Shown here: in pieces, positions 21,089-32,000 of the stretch | How positions within the stretch are numbered: the stretch's first letter is position 1 | Layout: every line of letters begins with the position of its first letter | NCBI RefSeq assembly: GCF_000195855.1 | Contig: NC_002677.1 | Location: forward strand, 2,430,001-2,462,000 | DNA length: 32,000 bases | Source of the DNA: Mycobacterium leprae TN | GTDB taxonomy: Bacteria; Actinomycetota; Actinomycetes; Mycobacteriales; Mycobacteriaceae | Direction of reading: 5' to 3' | Made by a program: the position numbers and the translations under genes | Notes under the pieces: generated by a model | The model's input: the letters and a program-made list of their open reading frames with translations, nothing else | The model's database searches: none | What the model was told of the DNA's origin: nothing

Positions 21089-22039
21089 GTGTCCGCACTG
21101 GCCTTTACCATCCTCGCGGTGCTGCTGGTTGGCCCCACACCGACCTTAGTAGCACGTTCGACATGGCCGTTGCGCGCTCCACGCGCCGCGATGGTGTTGT
21201 GGCAGACCATTGCTCTGGCCGCGGCACTTTCGACGTTCAGCGCCGGCATTGCGATCGCCAGTCGGGTGCTCATGCCCGGCCCTGACGGGCGGCTCACTGC
21301 CAGCGTTATCGGCGCCGCCGGCCGGCTCGGTTGGCCACTGTGGGCGGCATACGTCGCCGCCTTCGCGCTGACAGTGCTAGTCGGTGCACGGCTGATCGTT
21401 GCGATAGTGCGGGTGGCCATCGCCACACGGCGGCGGCGGGCCCACCACCGCATGGTGGTCGACCTGGTCGGGGTCGGACACAATGCGGCCCTCGCGCAGC
21501 CGTGCGCCCGCGCGCGCGACCTTCGAGTCTTGGAGGTGGCGCAACCACTCGCCTACTGTCTGCCGGGCGTGCGTAGCCGAGTAGTGGTCAGCGAAGGGGC
21601 GCTGACCAAGCTGAACGACACAGAAGTCACGGCGATCCTCACCCACGAACGGGCTCATCTGCGTGCCCGGCACGACTTGGTGTTGGAGGCATTCACCGCG
21701 GTACATGCAGCCTTTCCACGGCTGGTCCGTAGCTCCGCCGCGCTGAGTGCGGTGCGGCTACTCGTCGAGCTGCTAGCCGATGACGCCGCGGTACGTGCTG
21801 CGGGGCGCACTCCCCTCGCCCGGGCATTAGTTGCTTGTGCGTCCGGTCAGGCGCCGTCAGGCGCGCTAGCCGCGGGTGGCAACACCACCGTGCTGCGTGT
21901 ACGCCGACTGTCGGGGCGAAGCAACAGCGCGGTGGTGTCCGCAGCCGCATATTTGGCCGCGGCAATCGTATTATTAGTGCCTACTGTAGCGCTAGCCGTA
22001 CCGTGGCTGACGGAGCTACAACGGCTGTTCAATATTTAA
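21089..22039 (+). CDS. BlaR1/M56-like membrane zinc metallopeptidase, 316 aa (GTG start)
   Basis: VSALAFTILAVLLVG start 4 nt after the blaI stop. Contains the HExxH motif in TAILTHERAHLRARHDLVLEAFTAVH and several TM segments. Confidence 0.88.
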   Translation: MSALAFTILAVLLVGPTPTLVARSTWPLRAPRAAMVLWQTIALAAALSTFSAGIAIASRVLMPGPDGRLTASVIGAAGRLGWPLWAAYVAAFALTVLVGARLIVAIVRVAIATRRRRAHHRMVVDLVGVGHNAALAQPCARARDLRVLEVAQPLAYCLPGVRSRVVVSEGALTKLNDTEVTAILTHERAHLRARHDLVLEAFTAVHAAFPRLVRSSAALSAVRLLVELLADDAAVRAAGRTPLARALVACASGQAPSGALAAGGNTTVLRVRRLSGRSNSAVVSAAAYLAAAIVLLVPTVALAVPWLTELQRLFNI

Positions 22040-22178
22040 CCCAGTCTTAGCGCAAACGCTGAGCGAAAAACCTTATGGATGACCACAAGTACGCTATGCC
22101 ACAGTGTGCCGGAATAGCGTTGGCGACAATTTGCCGCACAAGTTCTCCAACCTGAGAGGCGCAAAGGAGATGCAGGAC

Positions 22179-23630
22179 ATGAGTGCGCCGGAATCGAAGA
22201 CGGCCATTGCGCAGATCGGCGTCACCGGGCTAGCCGTGATGGGTTCGAACATCGCCCGGAATTTCGCCCGACACGGCTATACCGTGGCGTTGCACAATCG
22301 GTCAATCGCCAAGACCGACACACTGCTCAAAGAGCACGGATCCGAAGGGAATTTCGTGCGAACCGAAACGATCCCCGAGTTCCTTGCCGCACTACAGACT
22401 CCGCGACGGGTGCTGATCATGGTAAAAGCCGGTGACGCCACCGATGCCGTCATCAATGAACTCGCCGATGTTATGGAACCCAGCGACATCATCATCGACG
22501 GCGGCAATTCGCTGTTCACCGACACCATTCGCCGCGAAAAAGCAATGCGTGAGCGTGGCCTGCACTTCGTCGGCGCCGGGATCTCCGGCGGCGAGGAGGG
22601 TGCACTGAACGGACCGTCGATCATGCCCGGCGGGCCCGCCGAATCGTATACCTCGCTGGGCCCGCTGCTTGAGGAGATTTCCGCGCACGTCGACGGGGTG
22701 TCGTGTTGCACCCACATCGGGCCAGGCGGGTCGGGCCACTTCGTCAAAATGGTCCACAACGGCATCGAGTACTCCGACATGCAGCTCATTGGCGAGGCCT
22801 ACCAGCTGCTGCGCGACGGATTGGGCATGAGTGCACCGCAAATCGCTGACGTGTTTACCGAATGGAACAGGGGCGATCTGAACAGCTACTTGGTAGAGAT
22901 CACCGCTGAAGTGTTGCGCCAGACCGATATCAAGACCGGCAGGCCGCTGGTCGATGTCATCCTCGATAAGGCCGAGCAAAAGGGTACCGGCCGGTGGACC
23001 GTACAGTCCGCCCTGGACTTGGGCGTGCCGATAACTGGAATAGCCGAGGCGGTGTTCGCGCGCGCGCTGTCGGGTTCGGTGCTGCAACGCAAGGCCGCCA
23101 TCGGGCTGGCCTCCGGCAAGTTGGGCAACAAACCCACAGATCGCGAGACATTCATCGAAGACGTACGCCAGGCCCTGTATGCCTCCAAGATTGTGGCCTA
23201 CGCGCAGGGGTTCAATCACATCCAAACCGGTAGTACCGAGTTCGGTTGGAACATCACACCGGGTGACTTGGCGACCATCTGGCGCGGCGGCTGCATCATC
23301 CGGGCGAAGTTTCTCAACCGCATCAAGGAAGCTTTCGACGCCGCCCCCGACCTGGCCAGCCTGATCGTTGCGCCGTATTTCCGCAGTGCTGTCGAATCGG
23401 CGATTGACAGTTGGCGGCGTGTGGTGTCCACAGCTACCCAGCTAGGTATCCCAAATCCCGGCTTCTCGTCCGCGTTGTCGTACTACGATGCGCTGCGCAC
23501 CGAGCGACTTCCGGCCGCACTGACCCAGGCTCAACGTGACTTTTTCGGCGCGCACAGCTACGGACGCGTCGACGCGCGGGGCAAATTCCACACACTATGG
23601 AGTGAAGACCGTAGCGAAGTTACGGTCTAG
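22179..23630 (+). CDS. gnd1: 6-phosphogluconate dehydrogenase (decarboxylating), 483 aa
   Basis: IAQIGVTGLAVMGSNIARNFARHGYTVALHNRS, IIDGGNSLF, GISGGEEGALNGPSIMPGG, FVKMVHNGIEYSDMQLI; AAAGGAG upstream of ATG 22179. Confidence 0.95.
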   Translation: MSAPESKTAIAQIGVTGLAVMGSNIARNFARHGYTVALHNRSIAKTDTLLKEHGSEGNFVRTETIPEFLAALQTPRRVLIMVKAGDATDAVINELADVMEPSDIIIDGGNSLFTDTIRREKAMRERGLHFVGAGISGGEEGALNGPSIMPGGPAESYTSLGPLLEEISAHVDGVSCCTHIGPGGSGHFVKMVHNGIEYSDMQLIGEAYQLLRDGLGMSAPQIADVFTEWNRGDLNSYLVEITAEVLRQTDIKTGRPLVDVILDKAEQKGTGRWTVQSALDLGVPITGIAEAVFARALSGSVLQRKAAIGLASGKLGNKPTDRETFIEDVRQALYASKIVAYAQGFNHIQTGSTEFGWNITPGDLATIWRGGCIIRAKFLNRIKEAFDAAPDLASLIVAPYFRSAVESAIDSWRRVVSTATQLGIPNPGFSSALSYYDALRTERLPAALTQAQRDFFGAHSYGRVDARGKFHTLWSEDRSEVTV

Positions 23631-23684
23631 TTGGCCAAGCTAAGAGACATCCGGTGGCCCCACACTAAATACAAAATCTTTTAG

Positions 23685-25136
<1,452 letters not shown>

Positions 25137-25338
25137 CACCTGACCTCGGCGAAAGTCGCTACGATGTGAACTTCTGGATTTCAGGGCACACAGCAATGTG
25201 CGCTGCTCCGTGGCCCAAACCGTTGAAGAGCGAAAGGGACGACGTGCCGCAGGCACCCGTTGAAGCCGTTGGCTCCCGGGTCGAGCAGCCACCCGCATCG
25301 TTGTCGGCTCCTCCAGCATCGCGAAAACCAAGCATGTC

Positions 25339-26660
25339 ATGAACGTAGCCGTCACTGTGTGCAGCTTGTTGGCCATCGGGTTGCTCATTTTCGAGCAACG
25401 CGGTGTTCGTCGCGGAGAAATTATCGTTGACCGCCCTGGACCGCAGCACGGTCAAGGCCAATGCTCGCAGCGGTACCCGCCAGGATCGCTGTATTCTGCA
25501 CGCCCAACACAAGTTGTCGTTCCAGCTTTCGGGAACTCAGTTGGGTATCTCAATCACCACTTTGGCAACGGGTTACCTGACCGAACCGATGATGGCCGAC
25601 CTACCGCATCCGGCGTTAAACGCGATCGGAATACCTGACCGAGTAGCCGACTGGATCACTACCTGCTTGGTGTTGGTGATTGTCACGTCGACGTCAATGG
25701 TGTTCGGCGAGCTGGTATCGCAGTATCTCGCCGTAGCGCGTCCGCTGCGCACCGCCCGCACTGTCGTAGGCGTGCAGCTGCTGCTCACTCCAGCCATTCG
25801 ATTGACCAACTGGGCAGCGAACTGCATTGTGCACAACCTGGGCATCGAACCGGCCGAGGAGCTGCGGTCTGCCCAGTCACCGCAGGAAACTGCTAGCATC
25901 TGATGCAAACCTCGGCGCGCAACGGCGCCCTGGACGCCACCACGGCGTCGCTGGTGAGACGGTCATTACAGTTCAGCACCCTGACTGCCGCGGAATTGAT
26001 GACGCCCCGGTCCACAATCGTGGCACTGCAAACCGACCACACTGTCAGCGACCTGGTTGCGACCGCCGCTGCGTCCGGGTTCTCGCGTTTCCCAATTGTC
26101 GATGGTGACCTCGACGCAACTGTTGGCATTGTTCACGTAAAGCAGGTTTTCGAAGTTCCATCCGCCGATCGCGCTAGCACGCTGTTGACCACAGTCGCAA
26201 AGCCAGTCACGGTTGTGCCGTCAACGCTGGACGGCAATGCGGTGATGGCGCAAATCTGCACGGATAGTCTGCAGACCGCATTGGTTGTCGACTAGTACGG
26301 CAGCACTGCCGGTATGTTAACTGTCGAGGATTTGATCTAAGAAAATCGTGAGCGATTTCCGCGACGAATATGACGACGCCACCCCAGACGTAGTGGCGGC
26401 CGGCAGGTATCGGGTTTGCTGCGCATTGACGAGGTGGTCAGCGCCATCGGATATCGAGCCTCCGAAGGGCCATAGGAAAAGATTGGTAGGCTCGTGCTCC
26501 GGAAGCTCGGTCACATTCCGGTAGTTGGGGAAACGGTGGAGCTGGCCGCCTTAGACGCAAATGGCCTGGCGGACGCAGGCACGGCAAGCCGCCCGTGGTC
26601 CAGATGGACAGCCGTCGGATCGACTTGCTTGCGCTGACTAAGCGGGGCAATTAACCGGGC
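25339..26660 (+). pseudogene. Degenerate DUF21 (CNNM/CorC-like) plus CBS-domain membrane protein (Rv1842c-like)
   Basis: Frames include [105 protein letters not shown], then broken C-terminal SDFRDEYDDATPDVVAAG and [20 protein letters not shown]. Confidence 0.85.
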
Positions 26661-26691
26661 GATTATCACAAATCCAGCCTAGGACTGGGCT

Positions 26692-27757
26692 GATGCAAAA
26701 CATTCTGGTACTGCTGGCGGCTACCGTGCTAATCGGAACCAAACGCGTTTTTCTTCGGCGCGGAATTCTCGCTGATCTCAGCCCCGTCGCGACCGCCTTG
26801 AAGCGTTGACCGAACAGGGCAGAACGAGCGGAATCATCGTGATGCGCCAGCGAGCAGCTCTCGTCTATGCTGGCAGGAGCTCAACTAGCTGTCACCGTAA
26901 CCCTCGATACTGCTCGCCAAGATTAGCGAGGCGGCAGCGACCAAGCTGTTGCGGACATCGTGTCAGCTGACCGGTACGTCACCTCCGCTGCTGCACATCC
27001 TGTCGCTGGTGATTACGTTGGCGCTGTTGGTCGCCCCTACATGTGCTGTTCGGCGAGGTAGTACCCAAGAATATCGCCCTGGCCGATCCGGAACGAACAG
27101 CAACGTTGCTATTACCATTCTGCCTGATCTACGTGCGTGCTACCCAACCGTTCATTGTTCTCTACAACAACATGCACCAACGCGGTATTGCGCGGGCTGG
27201 GCGTAGAGTCGAAAGACGAACTCGACATCACAGTTTCCACAGCCAAGTTTAGCGAGATGATTTCCGAATCGGTATCAAAGGGTCTGCTGGATCAAGAAGA
27301 ACACAAGTGGCTGACGCGAGCACTGCAGATTCGCACTAGAGTGGTCGCCGATGTTGCACGGCTGCTTGCTGATATCCGAGCAGTGCCGGTAGCGACAGCC
27401 GGCTGTAGCTCAACTGTTGACGCGGTCGAACGGGCCCTAGCCCAAACCGGCTATTATCGGTTTCCGGTTGTTGGTCTCGACAGCGAGTTCGTGGGATATC
27501 TGCACATAAAGGATGTGTTGACGCTCGGCGATGATCCGCAGACCGTGATCGATCTGGCACTCGTACGTCCACTGCCCGAGGTGCCCGAATCACTGCCGTT
27601 GGCCGATGCTTTTCGCAGATGTGTCGCAGCAACAGCCATCTGGCACTGGTGACTGCCGATGGTGGCGAGGTAGTCGCGTTGGTGGCGATGGAGGATCTAG
27701 TGAACGATCTACGGCACCATGCACAACGGGACACACTGAAACTAAGCACCGGGTAGA
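26692..27757 (+). pseudogene. Second degenerate DUF21/CBS-domain membrane protein (Rv1841c-like)
   Basis: MQNILVLLAATVLIGTKRVFLRR, MLFGEVVPKNIALADPERTATLLLPF, then VDAVERALAQTGYYRFPVVGLDSEFVGYLHIKDVLTLGDD in broken frames. Confidence 0.82.
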
Positions 27758-27995
27758 GCCGCCAGCAGCCCGTATGAGCTTTAATTGTTACACCTAACTA
27801 GATCGGTTAGGTGTGTTATCAACACACGTTTCGCAAAACCAAGCCTCGGGCGACCGATGAAGCTGTTGACCTGCTGTTGCGGGTCGGCCGGAATACGCTC
27901 GTCAGGCTGTTGGCCGGTAGGCTTATGCGCGTAGACCGTGAGAGCCACATCGGGGACCGTTGGGGCCGCCAGTAAGCCCAATATGGAGGAGAACC

Positions 27996-30191
27996 ATGAC
28001 TGATCGCGTGTCGGCGGGGAATTTGCGCGTCGCCCGTGTGCTTTACGACTTCGTCAACAACGAAGCCCTGCCTGGCACCGACATCAACCCAAACAGCTTC
28101 TGGTCGGGCGTCGCCAAGGTCGTCGCCGACCTCACCCCGCAAAACCAAAGTTTGCTGAACTCCCGCGATGAGCTGCAGGCCCAGATTGACAAATGGCACC
28201 GCCATCGTGTGATCGAGCCATTCGACGTGGATGCTTATCGGCAGTTCCTCATCGATATCGGCTATCTGCTGCCTGAACCCGATGACTTCACCATCAGCAC
28301 CTCAGGAGTAGACGACGAGATCACCATGACCGCCGGCCCGCAGCTGGTGGTGCCGGTACTTAACGCACGGTTCGCACTCAACGCCGCCAACGCCCGCTGG
28401 GGCTCCCTTTACGACGCTCTATATGGCACCGACACCATACCGGAAACCGAGGGAGCCGAAAAGGGCTCTGAGTACAACAAGATTCGCGGCGACAAGGTGA
28501 TCGCCTACGCACGCAAGTTTATGGATCAGGCCGTCCCGCTGGCTTCTGACTCATGGACTAACGCTACGGGAGTGAGCATCTTCGACGGCCAGCTTCAGAT
28601 CGCCATCGGCACGAATTCCACCGGATTAGCCAGTCCCGAAAAGTTTGTCGGCTACAATCGCCAGTTGCGATCCTCCAACTGGTCGGTGCTGTTGGCCAAT
28701 CACGGCCTGCACATCGAGGTCTTGATCGACCCGGAATCACCAATAGGCAAGACTGACCCCGTCGGCATCAAGGATGTGATCCTGGAATCGGCCATCACCA
28801 CGATCATGGACTTCGAAGACTCAGTCACTGCCGTCGACGCCGACGACAAGGTACGCGGCTACCGCAACTGGCTCGGCCTGAACAAAGGTGACTTAACCGA
28901 GGAAGTCAACAAGGACGGCAAGACCTTCACCCGCGTGCTCAACGCCGACCGCAGCTACACCACGCCCGACGGCGGTGAATTGACCCTGCCCGGGCGCAGC
29001 CTGTTGTTCGTCCGCAACGTGGGCCATCTGACGACCAGCGACGCGATTCTCGTGGACGGAGGTGACGGTCAGGAAAAAGAAGTGTTCGAGGGCATCATAG
29101 ATGCAGTGTTCACCGGTCTGGCCGCAATCCACGGACTCAAAACCGGCGAAGCTAATGGCCCACTGACCAACAGCCGCACCGGTTCCATCTACATCGTCAA
29201 GCCGAAAATGCACGGTCCCGCGGAGGTTGCGTTCACTTGCGAGCTGTTCAGCCGCGTCGAAGACGTGCTGGGGTTGCCGCAGGGCACCTTGAAGGTCGGC
29301 ATCATGGATGAGGAGCGGCGTACGACACTCAATTTGAAGGCGTGCATCAAGGCCGCCGCCGATCGGGTCGTGTTTATCAACACTGGCTTCTTGGACCGCA
29401 CCGGCGACGAGATCCACACCTCAATGGAGGCCGGCCCGATGATTCGTAAGGGTGCGATGAAAAACAGCACCTGGATCAAAGCCTACGAGGACGCCAATGT
29501 TGACATCGGACTAGCCGCAGGCTTCAAGGGCAAAGCACAGATCGGCAAGGGCATGTGGGCAATGACCGAATTAATGGCTGATATGGTCGAGCAGAAGATC
29601 GGCCAGCCTAAGGCGGGCGCCACCACCGCGTGGGTACCCTCGCCCACTGCGGCCACGCTGCATGCGATGCACTACCACCAGGTCGACGTGGCTGCCGTGC
29701 AACAAGAACTGACCGGCCAGAGACGTGCCACCGTTGACCAGCTGTTGACCATTCCGTTGGCCAAGAAACTGGCCTGGGCTCCCGAGGAGATCCGCGAGGA
29801 GGTCGATAATGACTGTCAGTCCATCCTCGGTTATGTGGTGCGCTGGGTGGACCAGGGTATCGGTTGCTCGAAGGTGCCTGACATCCACAATGTGGCACTA
29901 ATGGAGGACCGCGCCACCCTGCGGATCTCGAGCCAGTTGCTAGCAAACTGGCTGCGCCACGGCGTAATCACCAGCGAGGACGTGCGGGCCAGCCTGGAAC
30001 GGATGGCGCCGTTAGTCGATCAGCAAAACGCCGAAGACCCAGCATATCGCCCGATGGCGCCTAATTTCGATGACAGCATCGCGTTCCTAGCGGCGCAGGA
30101 ACTGATACTGTCCGGCGCACAACAGCCCAACGGCTATACCGAGCCGATCCTGCATCGCCGTCGTCGCGAATTCAAGGCACAGAACCGGTGA
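27996..30191 (+). CDS. glcB: Malate synthase G, 731 aa
   Basis: [95 protein letters not shown]. Full length. Confidence 0.97.
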   Translation: MTDRVSAGNLRVARVLYDFVNNEALPGTDINPNSFWSGVAKVVADLTPQNQSLLNSRDELQAQIDKWHRHRVIEPFDVDAYRQFLIDIGYLLPEPDDFTISTSGVDDEITMTAGPQLVVPVLNARFALNAANARWGSLYDALYGTDTIPETEGAEKGSEYNKIRGDKVIAYARKFMDQAVPLASDSWTNATGVSIFDGQLQIAIGTNSTGLASPEKFVGYNRQLRSSNWSVLLANHGLHIEVLIDPESPIGKTDPVGIKDVILESAITTIMDFEDSVTAVDADDKVRGYRNWLGLNKGDLTEEVNKDGKTFTRVLNADRSYTTPDGGELTLPGRSLLFVRNVGHLTTSDAILVDGGDGQEKEVFEGIIDAVFTGLAAIHGLKTGEANGPLTNSRTGSIYIVKPKMHGPAEVAFTCELFSRVEDVLGLPQGTLKVGIMDEERRTTLNLKACIKAAADRVVFINTGFLDRTGDEIHTSMEAGPMIRKGAMKNSTWIKAYEDANVDIGLAAGFKGKAQIGKGMWAMTELMADMVEQKIGQPKAGATTAWVPSPTAATLHAMHYHQVDVAAVQQELTGQRRATVDQLLTIPLAKKLAWAPEEIREEVDNDCQSILGYVVRWVDQGIGCSKVPDIHNVALMEDRATLRISSQLLANWLRHGVITSEDVRASLERMAPLVDQQNAEDPAYRPMAPNFDDSIAFLAAQELILSGAQQPNGYTEPILHRRRREFKAQNR

Positions 30192-30385
30192 CGGATGCAG
30201 GCTGCTGGCGGCCAGCTGTGAGAGCACCACCAGCCGCGCCGCGGCTAAGGACAGAATCGGGTCCATCTAGATAGAACCGCTGCCTTACGCCAGCTCGGCA
30301 TACGGTTATGTAGTCGATGACTAAACTCGGCGCCGAGTTCAAACCAGATCAGACACGGATCAACAGAAAGGCGGCGAATACCGGT

Positions 30386-32000
30386 ATGGGTAGGCACAGC
30401 ATGCCCGACCCTGAGGATTCCATCGATCAGCCATCTAACCAATTTGCTGCATCCGGGCCGGATCAGAGCGACGAGATAGATCACGGCTACCAAAGCAGGA
30501 TGGGGTACCCAGAGCCTGTTTTTGAACCAGCGGCTACCGGCTCGCCGAGCTACCGGAGCTACCCGCACGGAGCAGAGCATCCGGCTGACTCCACACCCGA
30601 GGCTCTCGACGAAACCATCGATTACCAGAGTTACTGGGCGGAAGACCGCAACGAGGACCTTTTTGTCGATGGTGCAGCCGACGACCACCCAGACTTTCCT
30701 CCCCGACCCGCGGGCTCGTCGACTAGCTCACAGGCACCGACCAGCCTGTCGCACCTATTCAAAGCTAGCCACCGTAGCGTCGGCAAATGGCAAGGCGGAC
30801 ACCGCAGTGACGGCGGACGACGAGGGGTCAGCATCGGCGTGATCGCGACCCTCGTCGCGGTCGTGGTGCTAGTGGGCGCGGTGATCATGTGGAGTTTCCT
30901 CGGCCATATCTTGAACAATCGCAAGCACCAGGCAGCCGCACGCTGCGTAGGTGGTCACCAGACGGTCGCTGTCGTCGCCGATCCGTCGATCGCCGATTAC
31001 CTGCAAGAGTTCGCCCAAAGTTACAACGCATCCGCCCGACCGGTGGGCGACCACTGCATGATGGTGACTGTCAAACCTGTCGGCTCGGAGGCAGCCCTCA
31101 CTGGTTTCAACGACAGTTGGCCAGCTAATTTAGGGGACAAACCGGCACTGTGGATACCGGGCAGCTCGATCTCCGCAGCACGGCTCGCCGTGACCGCGGA
31201 TCAGAAGACAATCAGCGAAAGCCATTCTCTGGTGACGTCGCCAGTGCTGCTAGCGGTTCGGCCCGAATTCGAGCAGGCCCTCGCCAACAAGGGCTGGGCA
31301 GCACTGCCCGGCCTGCAAACCAATCCGAACTCCTTGGCTGATTTGAACCTGCCGGCCTGGGGATCACTCCGGCTGGCCTTGCCGATGAACGGCAACAGCG
31401 ACGCCACGTTTTTGGCCGGCGAGGCGGTAGCGACTGCGTCGGTACCTGCTGGTGCACCTGCAATCCAGGGCGTGGGAGCAGTGCGCACCCTAATGAGCGC
31501 CCAACCCAAACTCGCCGACAGCACCTGGGCAGAAGCGATGAGCACACTGCTCAAACCCGGTGACGTAGCAACTGCACCAGTGCACGCTGTGATCACCACC
31601 GAGCAGCAGCTATTCCAACGCGGCCAGTCATTGTCAGACGCCAAGAGCGCTTTGGGATCCTGGCTACCGCACGGGCCTGCGCCTGTTGCTGACTATCCCG
31701 CGGTGCTGCTCAACGGCTCGTGGCTGACACAGGAACAAGCCGCAGCGGCCAGTGAGTTTGCTCGGTTCGTGCAAAAACCCGACCAGCTAGCGAAGCTGGC
31801 TAAAGCTGGTTTTCGAGTTAACGGCGTCACACCGCCGAGCAGTTCCGTTACCAGTTTCGCGGCGGTGCCTTCCACCGTCTCGGTAGGTGACGACGGGATG
31901 CGCGCCACACTGGTCGAAGAAATGATCCAGCCGTCTAGCGGAGTAGCAGCGACTATCATGCTAGACCAGTCGATGCCCACCGATGAGGGCGGCAAAACCC
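30386..32000 (+). CDS. Large single-pass membrane-anchored protein with extracytoplasmic substrate-binding-like/VWA-type architecture (Rv1836c-like), truncated by window edge
   Basis: Open frame from ATG 30386 (MGRHSMPDPEDSIDQ...) to the window end. Acidic/Pro-rich cytoplasmic region, TM segment GVSIGVIATLVAVVVLVGAVIMWSFLG, then CVGGHQTVAVVADPSIADYLQEFAQSYN. Missing from the supplied ORF list because it has no stop in the window. Confidence 0.85.
   Translation, partial: MGRHSMPDPEDSIDQPSNQFAASGPDQSDEIDHGYQSRMGYPEPVFEPAATGSPSYRSYPHGAEHPADSTPEALDETIDYQSYWAEDRNEDLFVDGAADDHPDFPPRPAGSSTSSQAPTSLSHLFKASHRSVGKWQGGHRSDGGRRGVSIGVIATLVAVVVLVGAVIMWSFLGHILNNRKHQAAARCVGGHQTVAVVADPSIADYLQEFAQSYNASARPVGDHCMMVTVKPVGSEAALTGFNDSWPANLGDKPALWIPGSSISAARLAVTADQKTISESHSLVTSPVLLAVRPEFEQALANKGWAALPGLQTNPNSLADLNLPAWGSLRLALPMNGNSDATFLAGEAVATASVPAGAPAIQGVGAVRTLMSAQPKLADSTWAEAMSTLLKPGDVATAPVHAVITTEQQLFQRGQSLSDAKSALGSWLPHGPAPVADYPAVLLNGSWLTQEQAAAASEFARFVQKPDQLAKLAKAGFRVNGVTPPSSSVTSFAAVPSTVSVGDDGMRATLVEEMIQPSSGVAATIMLDQSMPTDEGGKT

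Noticed and set aside
21306-22050. Multiple antisense/alternate-frame ORFs over the M56 peptidase gene
   Set aside because: Low-complexity Arg/Ala/Pro translations produced by GC-rich codon structure.
22392-23225. 277-aa antisense ORF over gnd1
   Set aside because: Typical antisense shadow ORF. gnd1 is full length and unambiguous.
27758-27995. Possible fragment (LLTCCCGSAG...-like) upstream of glcB
   Set aside because: Too short and ambiguous to assign to any family. Probably pseudogene debris or the glcB leader region.

Overview
This 32 kb window looks like a reductively evolved Mycobacterium leprae-type chromosome segment. Well-preserved genes are separated by long stretches of decayed sequence. 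Intact genes, left to right: bfd-like [2Fe-2S] ferredoxin; oxyR and ahpC (divergent); lldD2; adhA; a small GlsB/YeaQ-type membrane protein; apa/modD; an SDR; ndh; blaI plus a BlaR1-like M56 peptidase; gnd1; guaB1; glcB; and the 5' part of a large membrane-anchored protein cut by the window edge. Recognisable pseudogenes: ahpD, a GH13 alpha-glucosidase, a ferredoxin/nitrite-type reductase, a MOSC-domain fragment, modC, modB, modA, a luciferase-like oxidoreductase and two neighbouring DUF21/CBS-domain membrane proteins. The strongest non-coding signals are: a perfect 24-bp inverted repeat with a 1-nt spacer (7138-7186); an IdeR-like iron box (72-90) upstream of bfd; an OxyR/LysR-type dyad (2908-2928) and a 12-bp palindrome (2935-2946) between oxyR and ahpC; and two short tandem duplications inside the modC and modB remnants, one of which shifts the frame. 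I found no CRISPR array, rRNA, tRNA, intact mobile element or defence-like cassette, and no convincing novel multi-gene system. Gene identities come from recalled family knowledge and reading the translations, not from a database search.
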